A stretch of 64,000 nucleotides of DNA, from positions 623 through 64,622 of the forward strand of contig JBAZMZ010000001.1 in NCBI GenBank assembly GCA_041649495.1. The letters are read 5' to 3'. A program made the translations under genes and the position numbers. Positions 30,306-39,507 of this stretch are shown here, one piece after another. A model generated the notes under the pieces. It made no database searches, was not told where the DNA came from, and worked only from the letters and a program-made list of their open reading frames with translations. How positions within the stretch are numbered: the first letter of the stretch is position 1; every line of letters starts with the position of its first letter. This DNA comes from Minisyncoccota bacterium. GTDB taxonomy: Bacteria; Patescibacteriota; Minisyncoccia; Phycocordibacterales; XYD1-FULL-46-19.

Positions 30306-30398
30306 TTCTAGTTGACAAAATAGGACTACTTGTGCTAGGAATGGGCTATTAAAAGATCGATTTTAAGAGTTATTATTAAGTTAATTTATAAGCAAAAT

Positions 30399-31007
30399 AT
30401 GAAGAAATTAGGATTTTTGGTTCTCGCTTTGTCTTTGGTCCTCGTCTTGAGCTCAGTCGTCTCGGCGGCTGGTTTGGTGGCGACGATCACCTCCCCAACG
30501 GCTGGGGCGACCTATAGCGTTGGACAAACTATTAACCTTTCCGCGACGAGCGCCAGTGCTGTGGGTGCCGTTAATTATATTTGGTCTTTCAGTGATGGCA
30601 CCACTAGCCGGACTGGTCAGACTCAAGCCGTGGCTTTTACCACGGCTGGTGCCAAGACCATTACTTTAATGGCTGGCGATGCTTCAGGGGCTAATAGCAC
30701 TAAGACGGTTGGTGTCACAATCAACGCTGTTGCTTCTAATCGACCAGTTATCTCTAATATTGCCACGAGCAATATTACCCAAACTGGTGTGACGATTACT
30801 TGGACCACCGATATCCCCGCTTCGAGCCGAGTTATTTATGACTCGACTAGTCACGCTGATATTACGGGCGCGACTGCGCCGAATTTTGGTTACGTTGCTT
30901 CGACTCCCGAAACGGATGTTGAGACTAAAGTAACCAGCCACTCGGTGACGATCTCGGGCTTAAGTCCCGCCACCAAGTATTATTTCCGCGTTTTGTCGCA
31001 AGGCTAA
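30399..31007 (+). CDS. secreted protein with Ig-like/PKD and fibronectin type III-like domains
   Basis: Signal peptide; VTITWTTD...YYFRV FN3-like motif. Confidence 0.55.
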   Translation: MKKLGFLVLALSLVLVLSSVVSAAGLVATITSPTAGATYSVGQTINLSATSASAVGAVNYIWSFSDGTTSRTGQTQAVAFTTAGAKTITLMAGDASGANSTKTVGVTINAVASNRPVISNIATSNITQTGVTITWTTDIPASSRVIYDSTSHADITGATAPNFGYVASTPETDVETKVTSHSVTISGLSPATKYYFRVLSQG

Positions 31008-31020
31008 TTCACTTTCGCAA

Positions 31021-31070
31021 AATCAAGGACCGCCCTTGCTTATCCAAGCAAGGGCGGTCCTTGATTTTTA
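31021..31070 (+). terminator. strong rho-independent terminator
   Basis: Perfect 20-bp stem (aatcaaggaccgcccttgct / agcaagggcggtccttgatt) followed by ttta. Confidence 0.8.
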
Positions 31071-31120
31071 GTCACAGCCAGGTGTCACCTTTTTGTTGCT
31101 ATGTTATTATAAACAACGAA

Positions 31121-32005
31121 ATGAAACTACAAGAAAATTTTTTGTTATCTAAAATCACTACTTTTCAATTAGGTGGGCCGGCCAAGTTTTATTTGAAAGT
31201 GAGAACGCCCGAAGAGGCGGTGGCGGCGGTTTTAATCGCGCAAGACAAAAAAATTAAATACCACTTGGTGGGAGGTGGGAGTAATCTCGTTTTTAATGAT
31301 GAAGGTTTTGCCGGGCTGGTGATTCATTGGCAGATAGCTAGACCGAGTCTAGCTGATATCATGGTTAAGAAGAAAGAGCGGGAAATTATTGTTTCGGCGG
31401 TAATTAAATTAGCCGATTTGATTAAAACAGCGAACAAAAATGGTTTGGCTGGTTTAGAAAAATTGGCCGGGATTCCCGGTCAAGTGGGGGGCGCGGTGGT
31501 CGGCAATGCCGGCGCTTATGGTCAAGCGATCAGTGATCGTTTGCGCTGGGTGGAAGTTTTCGATGGCCAACGGGTTCGACGCCTGACCAAGAAAAATTGT
31601 TGTTTTGATTATCGCGAGAGTATTTTCAAAAAAAATAAGTGGTTAGTTTTGCGGGTCGCTTTTAAATTAAAAAAAGGTCAGGCTCAAAATTTAATTAAAG
31701 AAAGTCAAAAAATTACCAAAATTCGCTGGGCCAAATTTGGCCAACATCCGATTTGCGCTGGCAGTTTTTTTAAAAATGTTTATCAAAACGGCGAGCGTCT
31801 TCCCACGGCGACTTTAATCGAACAAGCGGGCGCGATTAATTTAAAAGCTGGTGGTATTAGTGTCGCGCCGTGGCATCATAATTTTTTAATCAACGATGGT
31901 TCGGGCACGACGCGTGATTTAAAAAAATTAGCGAAGCGTTTAAAAAAAGTTGTCCACCAAAAACTAGGGATTGAACTGGCAGAAGAGGTGCGGTTCGTAG
32001 TATAA
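31121..32005 (+). CDS. murB: UDP-N-acetylenolpyruvoylglucosamine reductase (MurB)
   Basis: FAD-binding GGGSNLVF motif and MurB fold motifs. Start chosen at MKLQENF. Confidence 0.85.
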   Translation: MKLQENFLLSKITTFQLGGPAKFYLKVRTPEEAVAAVLIAQDKKIKYHLVGGGSNLVFNDEGFAGLVIHWQIARPSLADIMVKKKEREIIVSAVIKLADLIKTANKNGLAGLEKLAGIPGQVGGAVVGNAGAYGQAISDRLRWVEVFDGQRVRRLTKKNCCFDYRESIFKKNKWLVLRVAFKLKKGQAQNLIKESQKITKIRWAKFGQHPICAGSFFKNVYQNGERLPTATLIEQAGAINLKAGGISVAPWHHNFLINDGSGTTRDLKKLAKRLKKVVHQKLGIELAEEVRFVV

Positions 32006-32060
32006 TAAAAATAAGTTATTACTAAATTTGTTATTAGTTTTACTAATTAAAAATTTTTTT

Positions 32061-33020
32061 ATGAAAAAACATATTTTCTTTTTTGGTGGCTTAGTGATTG
32101 TGGTGATCCTTATCGCGTTGGCGCTAACTTTTAATCAGGTTGGTTGGCCCTCCGTTTTTAATTCTCAAACTGTAACCGGTTTTGGTGGGGGATTGGGCGA
32201 AAGTTTTTCCGCTGACTCTAATTTAAAAATCGCGACGGCTGATCGAGCGATGGCACCATCAGCTACGGCCGAAATTTTGCCCCGCCAAGTAACGAAAACT
32301 GGCAACCTAAGTATTTTGGTTACGACCGCTGAAGACACGGCGCAAAATATTCAAGCCATTGCCGAGAGCGTCGCGGGGTATGTCAGTGATACCTATCTTT
32401 ACGAAGTCACGACCGGAGTTAAAGCGGGCGCCATCACCATTCGTGTCCCAGCCGACAAATTTGACCAGACTCTCTCCCGCATCAAAGAGTTGGCCATTAA
32501 GGTTGAATCTGAAAATATTAATGCCAATGATGTTACCGATCAATTTATCGATCTCGAAGCCCGTCTGAAAAATCTTGAAGCGCAAGAAGATCAATATCTC
32601 GGTATTTTGAAAAAGGCGACCGCGGTGGAAGATGTTTTGAAAGTGACCAACCAATTGAATCAAGTCCGTCAACAAATTGACAGTTGGCAAGGCCAGCTCA
32701 AATATCTCAATAGTCAAATTGACTTGTCCACGATTACAGTTAATTTGACCGCCGAAAAAGAAGTTCAGATCTTTGGTCTCCATTGGCGTCCAATTACGGT
32801 GGTTAAGCAAGCGGTCCGCTCGCTCTTAAACGGTTTAGTTCATTACGCTAATTTGATTATTGCTATTATTATCTTCTTGCCGGTCATTGCTCTCTGGCTG
32901 ATTACCCTCCTGCTCATCGCCTGGCTTATCTGGTGGGTGGTCAAAAAATTAAAATCAAAGAAACTCCCGCTCATTCAAGCACCAACCAAAAAGAAAACCA
33001 AGAAACTGGTTGCGAAATAA
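32061..33020 (+). CDS. DUF4349-like membrane protein (N-terminal and C-terminal TM segments around a central coiled coil)
   Basis: Architecture and the NLEAQEDQYL coiled coil. Confidence 0.5.
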   Translation: MKKHIFFFGGLVIVVILIALALTFNQVGWPSVFNSQTVTGFGGGLGESFSADSNLKIATADRAMAPSATAEILPRQVTKTGNLSILVTTAEDTAQNIQAIAESVAGYVSDTYLYEVTTGVKAGAITIRVPADKFDQTLSRIKELAIKVESENINANDVTDQFIDLEARLKNLEAQEDQYLGILKKATAVEDVLKVTNQLNQVRQQIDSWQGQLKYLNSQIDLSTITVNLTAEKEVQIFGLHWRPITVVKQAVRSLLNGLVHYANLIIAIIIFLPVIALWLITLLLIAWLIWWVVKKLKSKKLPLIQAPTKKKTKKLVAK

Positions 33021-33061
33021 TCACTCTTTATCTCGTCGGTTAATTGTGTATAATTAACCTT

Positions 33062-34546
33062 ATGTCATATAAACCCACCATTGGGCTGGAGATTCATGTG
33101 GAGTTGAAGACGGCGACGAAGATGTTTTGTCGGTGTCAGAATAATCCAGCCCTTTCGACTTCGCTCAGGGCAGGCGAAACACGACCTAATATTAATATCT
33201 GTCCCGTTTGTACGGCCCAGCCGGGAGCATTGCCGGTTATTAATAAAGAGGCGGTGCGACAGGTTTTGCGCGTCGGCGTGGCTTTGAACGGGACGGTGGC
33301 GGACTTTACCGAATTTGATCGCAAAAATTATTTTTATCCCGATATCCCAAAGGGTTATCAGATTAGTCAATACAAATACCCGCTCATTTCTGGCGGTGAA
33401 TTAAACGGCGTTAAGATTACCAGAATTCATCTTGAAGAAGATACGGCCAAATCGACGCATAGCGACAAAGCTGATGAAAGTTATATTGATTTTAATCGCT
33501 CGAGTTTGCCCTTGATGGAGTTGGTGACCGAACCGGTGATTCATGATGGTCAGACGGCTTCGGCGTTTGCCAAAGAATTGCAGACGCTGATGCGCTATCT
33601 CGGCGCGTCAGAAGCGAATATGGAAAAAGGGCAGATGCGGATTGAGGCGAATATCTCGGTGGCTCGTTCCAACGTTCTTGGCACCAAGGTTGAGGTGAAA
33701 AATCTCAATTCTTTTAAGTCGGTGGAGAAAGCGATTGATTTCGAAATTGCGCGCCAAATCGAAGTTTTAGAAAATGGGGATAAGGTAATACAGGAGACGC
33801 GGGGTTGGGACGAAAATAAACAAATCACTTTCAGCCAACGGCTCAAGGAGTCGTCGCATGATTATCGTTATTTCCCTGATCCGGATTTACCCAAACTTTT
33901 TTTAAGCGAAATTCCCGAATTTAGTCTCGAGGCGATTAAAAAATCTTTGCCCGAATTGCCGTGGGAGCGACGCCAACATTTTACCGAGCAACTTGGTTTG
34001 AAATCAGAAGATGTTGAAGTCTTTGTGCAAAGTCATAAATTAGCCGAATTTTTCCGCGCCGTCGCCGAAAAATTGGTGCCCAAGGGGAACCCTTTGGGAG
34101 CCGTTCAAGGGTTCCCCTTGGGCCCTTTGGCCGAGGCCTACCTTCAGTCTGCCGTCAATTATCTCACGACTGATTTGCTGGGACTGGCGCCCACGCCCGA
34201 TGAATTAACTTTGCCCGAACCGAGCGATTATGCCGAGCTGATTAAAATGGTGGTCGAGAAAGAAGTTTCTTCGCGGGGGGCCAAAGACATTTTGGCGGTG
34301 ATGTTGCGCGAGGGAGGCGAGCCAAGAGTGATTGCCAGGGCGAAAGGCTTGTTCCAAGTTCATGACGAAGGCGCGATCTCGACGATTATTGATGAGGTGA
34401 TAAAGAAAAACGAAGCAGTTTTTGCCGAATTTAAGGCCGGCAAAGAAAAATCACTTCAATTCTTGATTGGCCAAGCGATGAAAGCCAGTCATGGTTCTGC
34501 CAATCCCGAATTACTCAAAAAACTGTTGCAAAATAAGGCGAAATAG
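33062..34546 (+). CDS. gatB: aspartyl/glutamyl-tRNA(Asn/Gln) amidotransferase subunit B, carrying an in-frame palindromic insertion
   Basis: YKPTIGLEIHVELKT...HLEEDTAKS; C-terminal GatB/YqeY domain. Confidence 0.9.
   Translation: MSYKPTIGLEIHVELKTATKMFCRCQNNPALSTSLRAGETRPNINICPVCTAQPGALPVINKEAVRQVLRVGVALNGTVADFTEFDRKNYFYPDIPKGYQISQYKYPLISGGELNGVKITRIHLEEDTAKSTHSDKADESYIDFNRSSLPLMELVTEPVIHDGQTASAFAKELQTLMRYLGASEANMEKGQMRIEANISVARSNVLGTKVEVKNLNSFKSVEKAIDFEIARQIEVLENGDKVIQETRGWDENKQITFSQRLKESSHDYRYFPDPDLPKLFLSEIPEFSLEAIKKSLPELPWERRQHFTEQLGLKSEDVEVFVQSHKLAEFFRAVAEKLVPKGNPLGAVQGFPLGPLAEAYLQSAVNYLTTDLLGLAPTPDELTLPEPSDYAELIKMVVEKEVSSRGAKDILAVMLREGGEPRVIARAKGLFQVHDEGAISTIIDEVIKKNEAVFAEFKAGKEKSLQFLIGQAMKASHGSANPELLKKLLQNKAK
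34078..34123. repeat. palindromic element family A, copy in gatB (encodes KGNPLGAVQGFPLG)
   Basis: gcccaaggggaac cctttgggagccgttcaagg gttccccttgggc. Confidence 0.85.
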
Positions 34547-34575
34547 GCGAAAGGCCAGATCGGCTCCGATTTTGC

Positions 34576-34603
34576 TTGACAAATAATAGCGTTATGCTAT
34601 ACT
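34576..34603 (+). promoter_or_regulatory. sigma70-like promoter (TTGACA, 16-nt spacer, TATACT)
   Basis: Near-consensus hexamers directly upstream of the GC-rich RNA island. Confidence 0.6.
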
Positions 34604-34609
34604 GGAAGA

Positions 34610-34968
34610 GTATATGTTCCTTGTGTTCTTAGGAGAGTGGCTAGCTCGATCGAGTGTCGACGAGTTAGCCCAGACGACAATGGAGGAAAGTCCCATGCGC
34701 ATTCGTGGTTCCACGTTCCAACTCCCCTCGCCCCCCAATATGACGATTAAGGATGACGCGTTCGTCGCCGGCATCGCGGCCGCCGCGCGAGCCTAGCCTC
34801 GCCAGGAGGCAGGCCCCGCACGAAAGGAGTTCGTTATGAAGATTTTGGGTAGACCGCCGTAACGGCGGCCACAGAGTCGCTCCGTCTAAGGTTCTCGAGT
34901 CTCGCACAGGCATTGCGAACGCCATCGGCGTCGTCGCGTCGGCCCTGCGAGACTCGGGGCCTTTTTTG
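34610..34968 (+). ncRNA. rnpB: GC-rich structured RNA, candidate RNase P RNA (P4/CR-I-like GGAGGAAAGUCCCAUGC motif), ending in a U-run terminator
   Basis: Near-consensus promoter upstream and a GC-rich stem plus U-run terminator at the end; GC far above the flanks. GAGGAAAGUCC-AUGC matches CR-I of bacterial RNase P RNA, and AUUUUGGGUAG recalls CCAAAUUUUGGUAGG of type B. I could not find the complementary P4 3' strand by eye. The only ORF (60 aa) spans the -10 region, has no Shine-Dalgarno sequence and reads like translated structured RNA. Confidence 0.45.
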
Positions 34969-35080
34969 TTTCAGCTATTTTTTTGCTAAAATCGAGATAA
35001 ACCCCATTAGAAATTTCACAATTTTTTTAATGTGCTAGAATAGGGTGTTGAGGGATTATTAAAATAAATTTATAAAAATT

Positions 35081-36136
35081 ATGGCCAGTCAAATTTCTAA
35101 CGGGGCGAGAAAAGTAAAAGTGGGGATTAATGGTCTGGGGCGAATTGGTCGGGCGTTTCTTAAATTGGCGATTAAAAATCCGGACCTTCAAATTGTTGGC
35201 GTTAATGATTTGGGCGATTTGGCCAACATCGCTTATCTTTTGAAATACGATAGCGCCTATGGCCAATTTGCGGGGACAATCGAAACGAAAAATGATGGAG
35301 CGGGTCAAGCGTTAATTGTTAATGGTCAAACCATCAAATTTTTACAAGAAAAAGATCCCGCTCAATTACCGTGGGGCGAGTTGATGGTGGATGTGGTGGT
35401 GGAGTCAACGGGGGTTTTCGAAACTTACGCGAAGGCCAAGGCTCACTTGGATGCTGGTGCCCGCAAGGTGGTAATTTCGGCACCAGTCAAAGATGAGCCA
35501 GTGGCGGGCGTGCCCGGTGGCACTTTCTTAATTAATATCAATGACGAAAAATTGAGCGACCAAGTCATGACTTCGAACGGTTCCTGCACGACTAATTGCG
35601 CCGCGCCAGTAATCAAAATTTTAGATGAAGCGCTCGGCGTTGAGAAGGCGTTACTTAATACGATCCATGGTTATACCGCGACGCAAAAATTGGTGGATGT
35701 GGCTGATGTCAAAGATTGGCGTCGGGGCCGGGCGGGGGCGGTTAACCTAATTCCCTCCACGACGGGTGCGGCGGTCGCAGTCGGGCAAGTCATCCCGCAA
35801 GTTCAGGGCAAATTTGATGGCATCGCCATTCGGGTGCCGGTCATTACCGGTTCGATGATTGATGTCACTTTTATCGCTAAGCGACCCACGTCAGTTGAGG
35901 AAGTCAATGTTATTTTAGAAAAAGCTTCCACTCTGCCCCAATGGCAAAAAACTTTTAGCGTGACGAAAGAAGCGCTCGTTTCCTCTGATATTCTTGGTAG
36001 CCCGTTTGCTTCCATTGCCGACTTATCTTATACCAAAGTCGTGGGCGGTAATCTCGTCAAAGTGATGGCTTGGTACGACAACGAAGCCGGTTATACCAAT
36101 ACGCTCGTGGAGCATGTGCTAAAATTGGGACAATAG
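35081..36136 (+). CDS. gap: glyceraldehyde-3-phosphate dehydrogenase
   Basis: VGINGLGRIGR and the SNGSCTTNCAAP active-site motif. Confidence 0.9.
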   Translation: MASQISNGARKVKVGINGLGRIGRAFLKLAIKNPDLQIVGVNDLGDLANIAYLLKYDSAYGQFAGTIETKNDGAGQALIVNGQTIKFLQEKDPAQLPWGELMVDVVVESTGVFETYAKAKAHLDAGARKVVISAPVKDEPVAGVPGGTFLININDEKLSDQVMTSNGSCTTNCAAPVIKILDEALGVEKALLNTIHGYTATQKLVDVADVKDWRRGRAGAVNLIPSTTGAAVAVGQVIPQVQGKFDGIAIRVPVITGSMIDVTFIAKRPTSVEEVNVILEKASTLPQWQKTFSVTKEALVSSDILGSPFASIADLSYTKVVGGNLVKVMAWYDNEAGYTNTLVEHVLKLGQ

Positions 36137-36151
36137 TGTTATAATTAACTC

Positions 36152-36640
36152 ATGACTATTTACTTGGGTACTGACCATGCGGGGTTTGAATTGAAGGAGC
36201 AGATTAAAGATTATCTGAAGGGAAAGGGTTTGGCTGTGCAAGACCAAGGCGCTTTTACTTTGGATCCCGAAGATGATTACACCGATTATGTGAAAATTGT
36301 GGCCAAAATGGTTCAGGGTGATTCGGAGAGTCGGGGGATAATTTTGGGTGGGTCTGGTCAAGGTGAGGCGATTTGTGCTAACCGGTTTAAGGGCGTGCGG
36401 GCGGCGCTTTATTATGGTCCCTCGGCTTCACTCGGGACAAGTGGTCCGCTCGATATTATTAAACTTTCGCGTGAACATAATGACACTAATGTTTTGTCGC
36501 TGGGTGCGCGGTTTTTGAATTTTGAGCAAGCCAAAGAAGTGATTGATTTGTGGTTGGCCACACCGTTTTCTCAAGACCCTCGTCATGTTCGGCGGATTAA
36601 AGAGATTGATGACGATGAATCAATGGGGCGAGTTATCTAA
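36152..36640 (+). CDS. rpiB: ribose-5-phosphate isomerase B
   Basis: IYLGTDHAGFELK; RpiB/LacAB family. Confidence 0.85.
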   Translation: MTIYLGTDHAGFELKEQIKDYLKGKGLAVQDQGAFTLDPEDDYTDYVKIVAKMVQGDSESRGIILGGSGQGEAICANRFKGVRAALYYGPSASLGTSGPLDIIKLSREHNDTNVLSLGARFLNFEQAKEVIDLWLATPFSQDPRHVRRIKEIDDDESMGRVI

Positions 36641-36674
36641 TCCCTAAATACTAGATACTAAATACTAAACCAAC

Positions 36675-37337
36675 ATGGAAATAATTCCCTCGATCATTGC
36701 GGATAATTTTGAAGAAGTCAAAACTCGATTGATTCGCGTCGAGGGTTTAGTGGACTGGGTCGAATTGGATATTGCCGATGGTGTTTTTGTACCGAGTTTT
36801 ACTTGGCCAATGTTGTTAGGGCAAGCCCCCGAGGATTTAAAAGAGGTTGACGGCAAAACCAAAATCAGTGCCCATTTAATGGTTGAACACCCCGAAACTT
36901 TGATTGACGACCCCTCAACTCCGTTCGGGGCAAGTTGGCAGGAGGTAGTTGATCGCCTTATTATTCATTACGAATCGACGGACGAGATTGAAAAAATAAT
37001 CGAAACCAAAGGCGCGCATATTAGTCTTGGTTTGGCGCTTGAATTGGCCACGCCAGTTGAAAAAATTTATCATTATTTAGATAGAGTAAAATTAGTTCAA
37101 TTAATGAGTATCGAACGCGTTGGTTACTCGGGTGAAAAATTTGACGAACGAGTCTTTGAAAAAATTAAAACGCTTAAAACCAATTGGCCAGATGTCAAAA
37201 TAATTATTGATGGCGGGATTGATCTGGAAATTGGCCGGCGCCTCAAAGAAGTTGGTGCCGATGGTCTCGTGATTGGCTCCCGCATTTGGCAGGCGCCCAA
37301 TATCGAAGAAACAATTAAAAGTTTCCAAAATTTGTGA
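36675..37337 (+). CDS. rpe: ribulose-phosphate 3-epimerase, carrying an in-frame repeat insertion
   Basis: IIPSIIADNF...LDIADGVFVP...IIDGGI motifs. Confidence 0.75.
   Translation: MEIIPSIIADNFEEVKTRLIRVEGLVDWVELDIADGVFVPSFTWPMLLGQAPEDLKEVDGKTKISAHLMVEHPETLIDDPSTPFGASWQEVVDRLIIHYESTDEIEKIIETKGAHISLGLALELATPVEKIYHYLDRVKLVQLMSIERVGYSGEKFDERVFEKIKTLKTNWPDVKIIIDGGIDLEIGRRLKEVGADGLVIGSRIWQAPNIEETIKSFQNL
36910..36935. repeat. repeat family B, copy in rpe (DPSTPFGA)
   Basis: gacccctcaactccgttcggggcaag. Confidence 0.65.
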
Positions 37338-38188
37338 TTCTTACTGACGATAAATTAAAATATTTAGAAACGAAAGCGCGAGAAATTAGACGCTCGATTA
37401 TTTCGATGTTGGTCGAGGCGCGATCGGGGCATACGGCGGGGGCACTTGGTATGGCCGATATTTTCACGGCCCTTTATTTTGGTTTACTTAATCACGACCC
37501 TAAGAGGCCTGATTGGGAGGGGAGAGATCGGGTGGTTTTATCAAATGGCCATATTTGCCCGGTTTTGTATGCGACTTTGGCCGAAGCCGGTTATTTTGAG
37601 AAAAAAGAATTAATGACTCTTCGTAAATATGGTTCGCGTTTACAGGGCCATCCGCATCGGGAATTTTTCCCGTTGGCCGAGACTAGTTCTGGTCCGCTCG
37701 GTGAGGGTTTGGCGCAAGCGGTGGGGATGGCTTTGGCTGACCGTCTCGATGTCGTCTCAATCCGCCTCGCCGGCGGGCCGGTCTTACACCGTTTTTTCTA
37801 TTGTTTAATGAGCGATGGCGAATTACAAGAGGGCTCGACTTGGGAGGCGGTGATGTTAGCGGGCAAAGAAAAACCGCATAATTTAATCGCGATTATCGAT
37901 CGCAATAATATCCAAATTGATGGTCAAACTGAAGATGTGATGCCTCTCGAACCGTTGGTTGACAAATGGCGGGCATTTGGTTGGCAAGTGATCGAGATTG
38001 ATGGGCACAGTTTTCCCGAAATTTTTGACGCCGTGGGGATGGCCAAATCGGTTTTTAATCGTCCGTCGGTGATCATTGCTCACACCACGCCCGGCAAAGG
38101 TGTGCCCGAATTCGAAAACAAATTCGAATGGCACGGCAAAACACCAACAAAAGAAGAAGGGAGGCAGGCACTTGATGAAATAAATTAG
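37334..38188 (+). CDS. transketolase, N-terminal (TPP-binding) subunit of a split enzyme
   Basis: GHTAGALGMADIFTALYF, GHICPVLYA and GPLGEGLA motifs. Confidence 0.85.
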   Translation: MILTDDKLKYLETKAREIRRSIISMLVEARSGHTAGALGMADIFTALYFGLLNHDPKRPDWEGRDRVVLSNGHICPVLYATLAEAGYFEKKELMTLRKYGSRLQGHPHREFFPLAETSSGPLGEGLAQAVGMALADRLDVVSIRLAGGPVLHRFFYCLMSDGELQEGSTWEAVMLAGKEKPHNLIAIIDRNNIQIDGQTEDVMPLEPLVDKWRAFGWQVIEIDGHSFPEIFDAVGMAKSVFNRPSVIIAHTTPGKGVPEFENKFEWHGKTPTKEEGRQALDEIN

Positions 38189-38505
38189 TAAAAGTCTTTC
38201 AAAAGATAAGGTGCCCCGCGTTTCCTTGGGGCACCGAGTGTTCGAGCACCGGTAACAAGATTGGCCTTCTCTTGCTTTATATTGGGCTAGGAGACGGGGG
38301 AAGCCCGCTCAGGGATCGCCGGTGCATCAATCCTTTTCACCTCTCATTTTAATCTAGCAAATCTATTAATAATATGCAAATATTGAGGGGGTAGTTTTAA
38401 ATCAACTTCAAAATTACCTGGCAAGATTTGTTACCAAAATTTACAATTGTTAATTTTGGTAGTGAGAGGTGGTTTTCGTTTGACGATTGTTTTATAATTA
38501 AAGAA

Positions 38506-39507
38506 ATGAATCTCAACCCTAAAATTTATGAGTTAAACGTTGAACAGAAAGCAATTCGCGAGGGGTTTGGCGAGGGGGTGATTGAAGCGGGGGAGAGGGA
38601 TAAGAAGGTGGTAGTGTTGTGCGCGGACTTGAAGGAGTCAACGCGGGTTGAAGAATTTTCGCAGAAATTCCCTGACCGATTTTTTGAATTGGGGGTCGCT
38701 GAACAAAATTTAGCGAGCGTGGCGTCGGGGTTGGCCTCGATGGGTAAAGTGCCCTTCATTGCCTCGTATGCGATTTTTTCACCCGGGCGGAATTGGGAAA
38801 TGATTCGGACGACGATTTGTTATAACCAGACCAATGTCAAAATTGTTGGCGCGCACGCGGGGTTGAATGTTGGTCCCGATGGTGGGTCGCACCAAATGCT
38901 CGAGGATATTGCTTTAACCCGAGTTTTACCCAGAATGACGGTCGTCGTGCCTTGTGATGCAGTTGAAGCGAAGAAGGCGACTCTGGCTCTGGCCGAAATG
39001 GTTGGCCCGAGTTATCTTCGTCTGGCGCGTGCCAAGAGTCCGATCGTGACGACTGACGAGGCGTCGTTTGAGATTGGAAAAGCTGAAGTTTTGCTTGATG
39101 ATGAAAAACCAGAAGTGGCGATTATCGCTTGTGGTCTCTTGGTTTATAATTCTTTAATGGCGGCGCGCAAATTGGCGCGCGAGGGGATCAAAGTTTCAGT
39201 CATCAATAATCACACTATTAAACCACTAGATGAAAAAACAATTTTAGAAGCTGTAAAAAAAACTTGCCCGCCAATGGGCGGGGTCGGGGCGGTTGTCACT
39301 TGCGAAGAACATCAAAAAGCGGGCGGTTTGGGTAGCGTGGTGGCGGAATTTTTGGCGCAAAATTATCCCGTGCCAATCGAATTTGTGGGTGTCGCCGACC
39401 GCTTTGGCCAATCTGGCGAACCGGCCGAATTAATGGAACATTATGGTCTCGGGGTTGATGATATTATTGAAGCGGTAAAAAAGGTAATTAAAAGAAAGAC
39501 TACTTAA
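38506..39507 (+). CDS. transketolase, C-terminal (pyrimidine-binding) subunit
   Basis: KAIREGFGEG...FELGVAEQN motifs. Start chosen at MNLNPKIYEL. Confidence 0.85.
   Translation: MNLNPKIYELNVEQKAIREGFGEGVIEAGERDKKVVVLCADLKESTRVEEFSQKFPDRFFELGVAEQNLASVASGLASMGKVPFIASYAIFSPGRNWEMIRTTICYNQTNVKIVGAHAGLNVGPDGGSHQMLEDIALTRVLPRMTVVVPCDAVEAKKATLALAEMVGPSYLRLARAKSPIVTTDEASFEIGKAEVLLDDEKPEVAIIACGLLVYNSLMAARKLAREGIKVSVINNHTIKPLDEKTILEAVKKTCPPMGGVGAVVTCEEHQKAGGLGSVVAEFLAQNYPVPIEFVGVADRFGQSGEPAELMEHYGLGVDDIIEAVKKVIKRKTT

Noticed and set aside
34614-34796. 60-aa ORF in the GC-rich island ending ...AGIAAAARA, considered as a tmRNA tag frame or small protein
   Set aside because: No GGGG...UCGACG 5' end, no T-arm or ACCA-type 3' end, and the tag does not end in the usual hydrophobic xAA. 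No Shine-Dalgarno and the ORF spans the promoter -10. An RNase P-like motif is present instead.
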